DNA of 64,000 bases from Octopus vulgaris (Eukaryota). The stretch covers positions 102,920,001 through 102,984,000 of the forward strand of contig OX597823.1 in the NCBI GenBank assembly GCA_951406725.2. The letters run 5' to 3'. Each line of letters begins with the position of its first letter. Position 1 is the stretch's first letter. The notes beneath the pieces are model-generated. The model saw only the letters and a program-made list of their open reading frames with translations, was not told where the DNA came from and ran no database searches. Below, piece by piece: positions 1-11,100 of this stretch. A program made the position numbers and the translations under genes.

Positions 1-812
1 TGCTTAGTTTGCATTGTCACAGATTAAATGTTGGAAAGGGGAGTTCCTGACAAATATATTTCTTGTTGATATACAAGAAATACTTACAGTTGCTTGAATG
101 GAAGCAATCAGCGTTAAATGTTTTAGTTATGAAAGCAACACAGCACTTGTGTTGGAATATGACATGGTGCACTGTCCTATGATGCATATGATGGAAAAAA
201 GTTTTTCTTGGGATTGTAACCATGTTGATCTGCCATTTTCGTGAATAGTCAAAGATATTGCTTTCCCCATTGTACCCCAACACTCCTGGCACTCTTTTTA
301 TCAACCTCAGAAGAATGAAAGACAATGATCATAGGTGGGGTTTGAACTTAAAATGTAGAGATACATATCTAAATTCCACATATATTTATATATATATTCA
401 TATACATCTTACTCAATCTGACATCTGATATATTATTGTTATAAAATATTTTAACATGTCAGTCATGTTCTGATTCCTCATAGGAATAAGTAAATATATT
501 TATACTGAATGTGTTTCAGACCACAAATGAGTGGAAAAAAATTTGCTTACTGTCAAAAGACAAATGCGATTGTTTGAACATGTGATCAGAATCAATAAAT
601 ACTAAATTAGTGATTGCTGCTAGATTAAAGTTAACATACTGATATAGATTGTAATAAGGTGTTATTTGAGAATGTTGGTTACAGAACTGACCAAGGAGAC
701 CCCTACAGAGAGTAAGTATACTCATTTGATTTATACCAACATGTATGTATTAACATTTAAAACATTGATATGACGCATGTTTCAAGTTAATTATATTTTA
801 TATATATTACAG

Positions 813-961
813 GTAGTGCATCTCGTTTGAAATATTTATTCAAGAGGGCTCGCTTCTTCTTAATTAAGAGTAATAATCATGAAAATGTGGCTTTAGCTAA
901 AGCTAAAGGTGTTTGGTCAACTCCCCCACAGAATGAAGCCAGACTGAATCAAGCTTTTAGG
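813..961 (+). CDS. YTHDC1: YTH domain-containing protein 1, first exon in window (gene starts upstream)
   Basis: tacag| acceptor, |gtatgg donor. Encodes (G)[49 protein letters not shown], matching the YTHDC1 YTH N-terminal motif [24 protein letters not shown]. Confidence 0.96.
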
Positions 962-1313
962 GTATGGAGTTAATCAACTGCTTCTCATGCTGTATTTGTC
1001 ATTTATTTTCTTAAAAGCAATTGTGAAAAATTACTTCATCTAAAATATATATCTACACATCCAATTTTTATTCTATAGTTACTGTAATTCAGTTATTGTA
1101 CACCACATGCAGGAAAAAACATTTTGTTGGCTCCTGTAAGCTAGAAAGTGTATGTAAGTGTGACTGAAGTTTGATCCTCTAGCATCACTAAAAAAAAAAT
1201 GTTCCTAATAGATCATGTTCATTGAATAATCTCTGTCAAAGATGAAGGTGTTTAATATTGCTGAAAAAATGTATTTTTCTTTATATCTTTCATGCAACTT
1301 CATTTTAGAATGC

Positions 1314-4052
1314 TGTCACAAGGGTGTCTTGGTTGCTGTGATGTGGAGCTGGTAAAAAAGGAGATATATTTTGTAGGCTGCATGAATAATAACTGAAGCA
1401 TATTTGCAAACATTTAACTGAAATATTTCTTGCTGCACATAAATGTGTTGGTTATACACAGTGAACAACATAAATGTTTACGGACTGGGAGAGACAGACT
1501 ACTCAGAAGTTATAGAAAGCTTTCTGTTTGACATGCAGTTGGCCTAAAAACTATATGTCAACTGTGCAAATCAGAAATCCTTGGCGATCCTTGACCATCT
1601 GCATACCAAATGGTTTTTATAAGGGACTGGAAGCTAAATTCCAAAAGCCATGTTATGCCATGCCACAACTTCACACTGACTGGTTGATCACATGAAACTA
1701 TGATGGTTCGCTCGAGGTGTCTGATCAGTTGAGATTTGGAATCAACACCACAAGTAGTCTTCTCCTAGTTCTTTACATGAATGTAAAAAGTACAAAACAA
1801 TAAAATGAAGCCAACACAAGTGCAAAAAGAGCAAGAAGGAAAAAAATATGCTTTGAACACAGAATAAATGCAGAAAGAATGGCTATATAAGAATAAGTTT
1901 GTAAAATAGGCCAAGTTCTGCAGATTTTTTTGAAATGTAAAAAGAAAACTTTTTTTGTTTGTGTTAAAATAAAGATATGATCAAGTGTTCTTAACCAGCC
2001 AATGGAAGTCTGTCAACATTGACAGTCACCCATCTCCTCTGAATCTCTATGACCATACATTTTGGTTTAGGTTTTAGTACACGTTGTGGACCAGAATAAT
2101 CCGTGTGCAAAGGATGCTTAACTGCATTGTTGCGTACAAAAATGTGAGCCCAAGTATTGATGTTGGGTGAAATAAAAGTTTTGATCAACAGAGATAACTG
2201 TGCCATATAATTTCATAGACAATGAATATAGCTGGTAGGATCATGTTGATTAGCTGTAGCCACTACCATCTGACCAGGCAGTGTAAGTGCCAAACCATAT
2301 AGTAATTCTGCTTGGAAATGATGTCATAAAAAAATAAACAAACAAAAAACAAATATGACATATTGAAATCCTGCAATGTTGTTTTCCTGTGGTTGAGTAG
2401 ACGATCTGAAAGAAGACAGTTGCATGCATTTGTGTACTTTAACACCAAAATGGTTATGATACCAACAAAACATTCACCTATGAGGACTGAATAGTTGATT
2501 TCTAGAAGTCTTCTGGTCACAAGAATTTGAGGATGTAGAAAATGTAGGATATTCTAATTGTGCAAGTCTATCTGTAAAAGCCAGAATTTTGTCTTTGGGG
2601 GTCTTACAAAAAATCACCAGTTTAGAGGAAATAGAAGATATGAAGGGAGGAGGATAAGTATCTGCATTACAAACATTTGAGGAGGAAGTAACCATAATAC
2701 TGTCTTTCAAGTTGCCAATGGGGTAGTAGAGCTCTGCTGTCTTACAGGCCTTAACATGGATTGCACATTTTGAAGATAGGTGCAAGAAAAATAGTTGTCT
2801 CAACATCAACTCTTCAAGTGGGTTATCCTCTATTAATTCTCTCATTCTTCTTCTCAACAGTTGGGAATGTAAAATTTCTACTTTCATACTTTGATAAAAT
2901 ATGGAGTCAAAAATGTTTGGTAATCGAATCTTTGACTTCAGTGCTTAAAGCACGAGGCAAAACACTGACTAATAGGTGAAATTGGTATCTGAGGAAATTT
3001 TATTTACTGTGAAATTGGTTTTGAGCTGAGAAAACCAAATTGAAGGACCTCCAGGTGAAGCAAAGGACAAAGCAACCTGAATAGCTAAGCTATCACTATT
3101 TTCAAAAGAAATTGACAGGACTGGTGATTTTGCCATTCTTACACACAAATCAGCTGGAACCACACAAATGAAAGGATATGAAAAGATTAAATACAGGCTG
3201 TTACAGCAAACTCAGGAAGGTTCTGGATAAAATTTGCTCCTGAATCATTCATTCAAGAGAAGAGAAAATTTTCCTTAATGTTGAAAGTTGGTTTTGACTG
3301 TTAATTTGATCAGATGAAAGATACGCCTAAGCCATTAATAGTCAAGCTAATAGCCTTGTAATGCCATAGTTTCAACAGGTGGAGGTGTGTGGTGGTAAAA
3401 GTAATGAGCAGTGGTGTCTGCCCCCTTTGATCTTATCTCATTGTTGTAGTAGTGGTGATAAGTTGATTTTCATAAGATTGACAAGTTGGGTTTATTGTTG
3501 TAGCTTTTGCTGGCTTTTTCGTGAGTTGAATTTTACCAGATGTTGCTAGGTGAAGATGAATGTCAGGTGTCACCAATTTCATGATATCACTGGCTTTTTT
3601 TCAAATTGAGGGTCACCTTTGTCATGAGGGTGGCTAGTTGCTTGAGTTGAATTGGTCAGTGGAGATATATTTTGTTGGTTGCATGAATAATAACTGAAGC
3701 AAATCTGCAAACACTTTACTGAAATTTTTTATTGCTGGACATAAAGATATTGGTGTTGGCTAATTACAATGAAAATATGTTTGCTGACTGGAAAGACAAA
3801 CGTCTCTGAAATTATAGAAAGCTATCTATGTGACAACATACAGTTGGCCCCAAATTGTACAAAGTCAGCTGTGCACCAAACGGCTTTTATTGGGGACTGG
3901 AAGCTAAATTCTAGAATGTTTGAGAAAACCATGTCATGCCACAGCCTCGTGCTTGATCTGTCAATTAATTGACTAATCATGTGAAACTATAGTGGTTCAC
4001 TTGTGGTGTCTGACCAATTATCTCGTAGTTGAGGTTTCAAATCACCTCTACA
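1314..4052 (-). mobile_element. Decayed, internally deleted Ty3/Gypsy LTR retrotransposon
   Basis: Divergent direct repeats of about 435 bp (1314-1752 and 3620-4052), each TG...CA. Gag-like remnants (2969-3163, 2474-2887) and an integrase GPY/F-like tail (1991-2206, HIFVR...YSGP). PBS-like GGTGAC(A/C)C motifs at about 3562-3618. No TSD recognisable. Confidence 0.8.
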
Positions 4053-4632
4053 ACACTTTATATTGCATAGTATTATGCCTGTTGTTTAATTTAGTTGATG
4101 ATTGGGAAAAAAAATCTTTAGTGTTTCATTTAAATCTTAATTTTGATTACAAATCTTTGAAGTTGCTGTATTAAAGTTGATTGAACAAACCCAGCCATAG
4201 CCATCTCATCTTTTTAGGGATATGCATATAGGATTACATTATCCACTGCATCCTTCCATGTTTAAAATGGTAAGGTTTGATTTGCGGGCAGGTTGGTGAC
4301 AACTTACTTTTGCAGGTTGTGTGACTATGTGGTCTCTTCTTATGTCTGTTGAAAATCTGGTGAAGGTATCTAAATACAATACTATATTCGTATAAGCAAA
4401 TAAATACTTAGAACGATATACTTTGTGCTACTTGTGGAAATAAAAGAAAAATAATATACAGCACCTACAATTTTATATGATCAAAACAAATTTGTAGATA
4501 ACTGAAACATAAGAATAATATAGTAGAGAAGTGTTAGATAAATCATCTGTTATATGGTTTACTGAATTAAGATATTACTTGAACAATATTCAATTTCATA
4601 TACTAACATCTTCAGTTTATTTATATTTATAG

Positions 4633-4687
4633 GAAGCTGATAATGTAATTTTGGTGTTTTCTGTGAAAGAAAGTGGGAAATTTCAAG
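4633..4687 (+). CDS. YTHDC1: YTHDC1 exon (YTH domain)
   Basis: tatag| ... |gtattt. EADNVILVFSVKESGKFQ(G); phase 0 to 1, fits both neighbours. Confidence 0.95.
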
Positions 4688-5015
4688 GTATTTAATTTAT
4701 TAATTTCTAATGGACACTGATATATTTTTTATTAAATTTGTGGTATTTTGCAGTTAAATTGCTGCTGGGGGAATAATTTACCATTTTCCTTTTAAGTAAT
4801 AAAATTCAAGCAATTATTCCATTATTGGGAAGCAAAGTATAGTAGCTATGTTTTATGTCTCAGTTTTTTGCTTTTAATAAATTTTGTGTTAAAAGGTTAA
4901 AAAAAAATATTGAAAATTTATCATAGTGAAAATAATTATAATGTCTGTTGATCAGTTATCACTTGAATTTTTAAAGATTTTAATGTTTGCTTTTCAACAT
5001 TTTATCACTGTCAAG

Positions 5016-5133
5016 GTTTTGCACGATTATCAGCTGAATCAACAAGGGATCATCCTCCAATACGTTGGGTTTTACCACCTGGGTTAAGTGCTCGAGCACT
5101 CAGTGGAGTTTTTAAATTGGATTGGATTAACCG
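5016..5133 (+). CDS. YTHDC1: YTHDC1 exon (YTH domain, second cage Trp)
   Basis: tcaag| ... |gtgagt. (G)[38 protein letters not shown](R); phase 1 to 2. Confidence 0.95.
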
Positions 5134-5501
5134 GTGAGTTGAAAACAAAGTTTTCTGTATCCCCAGCGTATTGACTATATATTTTCAGGAGTGGAGAAGA
5201 AATTGTACAAAAATTTATTGAACAGCCATCCATTTCTATCAGTATTTTTATCATTCAGGAAAGAGTTACAAGATATAAACATGAGAACCTGTGGGTTTCT
5301 ACTTTTTAACCATGGCTATGTATTATACTTATCTTCCCTGCCCACCCCTGCAACTTACTCAGTATCATTCCTCTCTTATCCTACTCATCCCTTTACTCTC
5401 TGGTTTCACTCAACCATTCCCACTCCCACTTCTAAAATGTGAGTAGATGAGCAAGAAACCTGTTCTGCTCTGGCCTTTTTGACTCTCATCTCTTAGCTTA
5501 A

Positions 5502-6818
5502 CCCTATCGTTACTATATTTCTGACCCCTTATGTGTTTCAATTCATTTCTAACATAATCATAAATTTAGTCTGGTTTCATTAAACAACTATAACTTTTTT
5601 ATTTATCAATATATTAATGTGATTTTTGGAAGATAATTTAATGAAATGTTCTCAACCAATTCTATACTATAATTTTTGTCACAAAGTGACTCTAATTGCA
5701 GGTAGATACAGGTAAATTCAACAAAATATAAAATTATTAAAATTTTTGTTCAAACATCGCTGTAGAAAATGGGTTATTAGCTAATATTCAATTGGGTATA
5801 CAACAAAATTTTACTATAGAATTTGTAACTTTCTGATACCCATAATAATATTTATGGCAAAATAGGCCTTAATTTCATTTAAGGTTGTGGGAAACCACAA
5901 ACTATCCCTTCTTTCGCTTTGTTTACATTTCGCGTAACGGTTCGTTTCCGCTGTAATTTTCTGATACCCATAATAATATTTATGGCAAAATAGGCCTTAA
6001 TTTCATTTAAGGTTGTGGGAAACCACAAACTATCCTTTCTTTCGCTTTCGCCGTAATTTTCTGATACCCATAATATTTATGGGTAACTTTCTGATACCCA
6101 TAATAATATTTATGGCAAAATAGGCCTTAATTTCATTTAAGGTTGTGGGAAATAACAAACTATCCTTTCTTTCGCTTTGTTTACATTTAGCGTAACGGTT
6201 CGTTTCCGCCGTAATGATTTCAAATAGGCTCATTCGAAAAAGTAAAAAGAAATAGTCTAAGACTTTACTCTCCTGGGAAAGACTGTGGCTTGGTCCAGTT
6301 TCTTCAGAAAAATCACTGAAAGAAACAGTTTTTAAATTTTCACTCCATTCAGGTGCCAATTTATTTTCTTTATCGCTGTCAGAGCTCTCGGATTCACTGC
6401 TTTTATTTTCAGAAAATGAAACATCGTATTCATTATCAAATACCATGTGCTTTTTTTTTTCAGTCATAGAGTTAGATTTATGAAGGTGTTCAGTAGAAAA
6501 GCCTTCGAATTCTGACTCGCTGCTTGATATAATGAAATTTGTATCCATTTTTTGTCAGAATTACAAATTTTGAAAACACAATAGGAACAAATTTCGGGAA
6601 AAAATCTCCCAAAATTCACGGAATTAAAATTACACTTCGATCGTTGTACAAAACTGTAGATGAACTGTTTACAAAGCATAATCACGTGTTTTCACGAATG
6701 TACTAAAGAGATTTGCTCTGATATTCTCATTTAAATATGAATAGGTAAATACGGGCAGCTTGGTCACATGAACCAAAATTTTTTTCGGGCGGCTTTGGGC
6801 AGTTTGGTAACGAAAGGG
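5502..6818 (-). mobile_element. piggyBac internal-deletion derivative, copy 1
   Basis: TTAA on both sides, TIRs CCCT(A/T)TCGTTAC. ORF 6030-6548 is an acidic N-terminus plus LDYFFLLF...IITAETNRYA...EIKAYFAINIIMGI, a piggyBac transposase N-terminal part with no DDD core. Confidence 0.92.
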
Positions 6819-7282
6819 TTAAACTATCTTCTCCCCCTTATTTGTTCATTGTCTTGCAAACTGCATGACAACTTTGCTAGTGCTGGGAGCACCAAAAAAA
6901 AAAAAAAAAGAACCAGTACATTCTGTGAAGTGTTTGACATTAGGAAGGGTATCCAGCTATAGAAACCATGTCACAGCAGACACTAGAGCACAATGCAATC
7001 CTTATGCCTAACAGATCCCATCAAACTGTTCAATCTATGGCAGCATGGAAAATGGACATTAAATGATGATGATGGTGACGACAATCTGTCTGTAGAATAA
7101 ATGTTATATATTACATAATTGTTATAGTTTGTTTCTTTCATTGCACTTCCATACACATACAACTTGTACTAAAAATCAACCATTTTAAATTTCTGTCTTT
7201 ATAACAGTTAAATAAAAGCACTTTTTAAAAAAATTTAGTATTTTTATATAAGCAGTTTTTTTCTTTCATTTTTATTTTTTAG

Positions 7283-7367
7283 GCGTGACCTTCAATTTAC
7301 TAAAACTACACATCTGCATAACCCTTGGAATGAAAATAAATATGTTAAAATTGGCAGAGATGGACAA
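7283..7367 (+). CDS. YTHDC1: YTHDC1 exon (YTH domain)
   Basis: ttttag| ... |gtatga. [28 protein letters not shown], with the hallmark [14 protein letters not shown]. Confidence 0.96.
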
Positions 7368-7880
7368 GTATGAAATTTTTTTTTTTGCTATTAATATTTT
7401 TTAAGTTTTCAAAAATTCTCCTGCTTTAAATAGGAACTATATTTCCATTAGCCTGACATATGTAATCAACCATTGTTGATTGTAAACAACGTCTTCATAT
7501 TTCATCACAAATATTTACCATTTTCAACAGTTTGAGAGCAGCTGCTTCAAATCTTTGTCCCTTTTCATCTCTTCCATTCTCATGCTGACCACTTCAAGAG
7601 ACCCACCTTTCTCTTCCTGCTTGTTGCACTATCTGATGTCCAGAAAGGCTTTGTGTGTATGGCTAAAAATTTTTTCTTTTTAAGATTAATAGGCATTGGT
7701 TATAATTAAGGCAGAGTTCTGTGTCAAGGAAGTATAATCTTAATATAGTATGCTCATTTATGCAAATGTCTTTCTGATACTGTTTAGCTATTAATTCCGA
7801 TTTTTACATGATTTTGATGTTTTTTGCTACAAAGACTTATGTATCCCAATATGATTGATTTTATAACTTTAATTTTACAG

Positions 7881-8122
7881 GAGATTGAACCAACAGTTGG
7901 AGAAGCTCTATGTAAATTATTTCCGTCAGATGACAATGTTGATCTTGGCAGTATTGTAAGAAAGGCTAGAAAGTCACACCATCACTCTCGAAGTTCAGAA
8001 AGGCATTTGGATCGTTACCGTGGAGTAAGCAGTACTGGTGGGCCCAGTGGACCAGGTGTTGCAGGAACAGCTTCTACAGGAGCCAGTAGTAGCAGTGGCC
8101 CAAGGAATTCCGAAATTTCTAG
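7881..8122 (+). CDS. YTHDC1: YTHDC1 exon (end of YTH domain plus low-complexity linker)
   Basis: ttacag| ... |gttaga. EIEPTVGEALCKLFPSDDNVDLGSIVRKARKSHHH...PRNSEIS(R); the phase-2 end matches the exon at 23949. Confidence 0.9.
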
Positions 8123-11100
8123 GTTAGAGCACTTGTTTCAAGCTCAAGTTTTATATGGAAGAGGTATAACATGACCTCTCATTCCCAAGTACTTTGAGTA
8201 TTGTCTAATTTTTGAGGCGCGTATACACTCAATTATACAAATTCACACATACATGCAGACATATCTCAAAATATTCACCCTATGTTAGCAAATACGTACA
8301 CATAATACTTATAATTATGTGTACGTATGTATATCTATTTGGCATATGCATTCCTTCGAAGGTTCTTTGTTTTCCTGAGAAAATAAAAACCAAGAAAGGA
8401 ACAAGCTTGTACCAAGATAGATTGGAATATAAACTGGGTGGCGAAAAATGTTAATACCAACTCTTTCCGACTGGTAAGTATGTCAGAGTGGGCCGTATAT
8501 CTTTAATGATTCTCTTCCTAGCATATTACAGGGCTTAACTCCTGGAGCCTCTTACCACTGCATTTAGGAAGGCTTGACTTGCCTCATTTGAGCTCAATTT
8601 GGCCAGATTTAAAAGAAAAAGAGAGAAAAATAGAGGAAAAAAACAAACATAAGAAATGTTTATATCTGTGCAAGGACTTGCACACTATCTTGTAATACCA
8701 ATTCTGAAGTTGTTCTCAAAGGATTGTCTTATGGCTTCTAAAAAAGTGTTCTTACATATGCAATATTCTCTGGCATCCCATTGTTATTAAAGTCTTCTGG
8801 ACAGCAGTTATATTGATTCAGTTGGGTTGGGTTGTGTTATTGACAGCAAAATCAGTGAGTATTAATGTAATTTTCAGTGTTTGTAATCAATGTTATAAAC
8901 TATCATGCCATATTATCATAAAATGGTTTTCATTGGCTGTTTCCCTTCCCTCCAGCCTATTTACATGCTGATAGTAGACTACTTCACACCTACATCCTCA
9001 ATAATGTTGCCTACCATCAACTTACATCTGCATGGACGTAAGCATTTCATTGTACATTTTCTTATAAATGCAGTCATCTGTCTTTATTTCGACAAAAGTT
9101 TAAGTTGGTGAAAAGGCAGTTAAGTTTTGGTGCTGTCTCAAATGAAACAAAATAATTAAAAAGGAAAGTACAAAAACCCCACACATACACACATGCCCCT
9201 CCCCAAAAATCCAAAAGTAAGTTTTATGAACTGCGTATCTCTATATATAAATATATATTTATATAACCATCGGTGTTCAGCTCTAATTGAACTGTGATAC
9301 TACTATTGTTATGCGTGGGACTTCTCACAAAATGCCACATAATGAACTAAATATTGCATTAAAATAACGAACGTTAACATAAAAAAAAAATTAAAACGCA
9401 AACAAATAGTAGTGAGCAATGGAATACAGCTTGTATGTGGAGTTGGTACTGAGATGCTAGAAGACATTCAAACTGCAAAACGGTATGTTACCTCTTTTTC
9501 TTTTGCATAATTTAACCCACAGATCAACATATATGGTGCATCGTTGAGTTTTTGTTTATACAGTTATTTTTATTGCTTCGTTAAGCTGATTATAAAGTTA
9601 GGTCTTTCGTCCATCTCTTTATATATGCCAGTTTTATCAGTTGAAGTTCTGTATTTGAACTATTAACATTTATTGAACTCCATTAGAAACATTTTACATG
9701 GCATCATAATGATTAAGAATAGAATTTTAGGCTTCAAAAGTAACTCAGCATTTGTTACTTCATATGCTTAAATATCTATTTCCATATCAAGCAAATGTAT
9801 TTTAAACTTTATCAACTTGTCCCCTACATTTTGATATTTTTACTTCTTTAGAAGTAATTTAGCTTTTAGTTTATATATATATGTTTAGTTTGAAGCAATT
9901 TTTTTCTGAGATCTAAGTTTAAAGGGTGATGTAATGTACTTGTAACTATTTGAATTGTTTCTACTGAATTATTCTCCAGCTGAACATTCAAGATATTTAT
10001 GGAAATTTTTCTTCCTTTTAATAAATATTTTATTCCTTCAAATTATTTTTGGGTGACGTGAATGATAAATAATTAATACAGCTAGTACATACAAAACTGC
10101 ATGCAGTTTTTATGTAGAGGTGTGTTGTTTTTTTTTGTTTTTTGTTTTTTAATATTAGAAGTAACTATATGCTCTTGCTAATATTATACCTTCTATTTAA
10201 AGAAAATTTATTTATGTTGCATAAAGATATGAAGTATATGCAACAAAAAACACTCGTCATCTTTGTAGCTTTCCAACTTCTTAAATATTTATTAATATAT
10301 ATTTCTTTAAACTCTCATTTAATAGGAGTATCGATTAAAAAAAATCGTTTAAGTCTCAGCTATGAAAGCTTTTGAGTATATTAGAGATCATAACTTTGAA
10401 TTATTGCAACAAATGTTATTGACTTTTGTTTTCATAATTTATATCAAAAGGCTGAGTTGTTGTTGTTTTGAAATAGTTGCTGTTGAGAGCCAGTAATCTG
10501 CTGCAATGGTGGCACAGATTAATCAATACAGTTTCAAAGTAGTTCGCTCATGACTTGCTCTCTTGTACTGGGAATATCCTCACCATTGATTCTCTTTTGA
10601 TTTCATTGATCTTATTCAATTTCCTGCGCTTTTGGTTTATTTTTCATTTGCATTTGAGATTTGGGTCAAAATAGTAATTCTAGTATAATAAAAAAAATAA
10701 TAATAAATTTCTTGAAATCATTGCTGGAATTTAATATCTGATAAAATTTTATTTCACATGTTGAAATAAAACATTTTTTTCTTTTTTTTGAAATTTTATA
10801 TATGATTATATTGTTCAGGCCCTGTTCAATATAGATAGATAGATTTCTGATTTATGGCAATGTAGTATAATTAAACTATTTCAACTAAAGCTTTGCTATA
10901 TTTCATATTTTGATTTAGATGTGTTTATTTTTTCCTCTCGTCTTAAATGGTTTTAAACATCTAAATATTGATTATTCAATCAACCCTGCACTTCTGTTTG
11001 TCTGGTGCCTGGACAAAGGACCGAATTAATATTTGAAAAGTTTTGGGGGTTAAAATATTCAAATTTTATTTTAAATTTTCTTGCCACTGAATTCTGAATA

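Noticed and set aside
6030-6548. Domesticated PGBD gene
   Set aside because: It has no catalytic core, lies inside TIRs with a TTAA TSD, and has a second copy nearby.
7824-8174. 116-aa ORF as a stand-alone gene
   Set aside because: It is the YTHDC1 exon 7881-8122 plus flanking intron read-through.
8123-9400. Enrichment of DRACH motifs as evidence for m6A
   Set aside because: The motifs are present but too degenerate to judge enrichment without counting against background.
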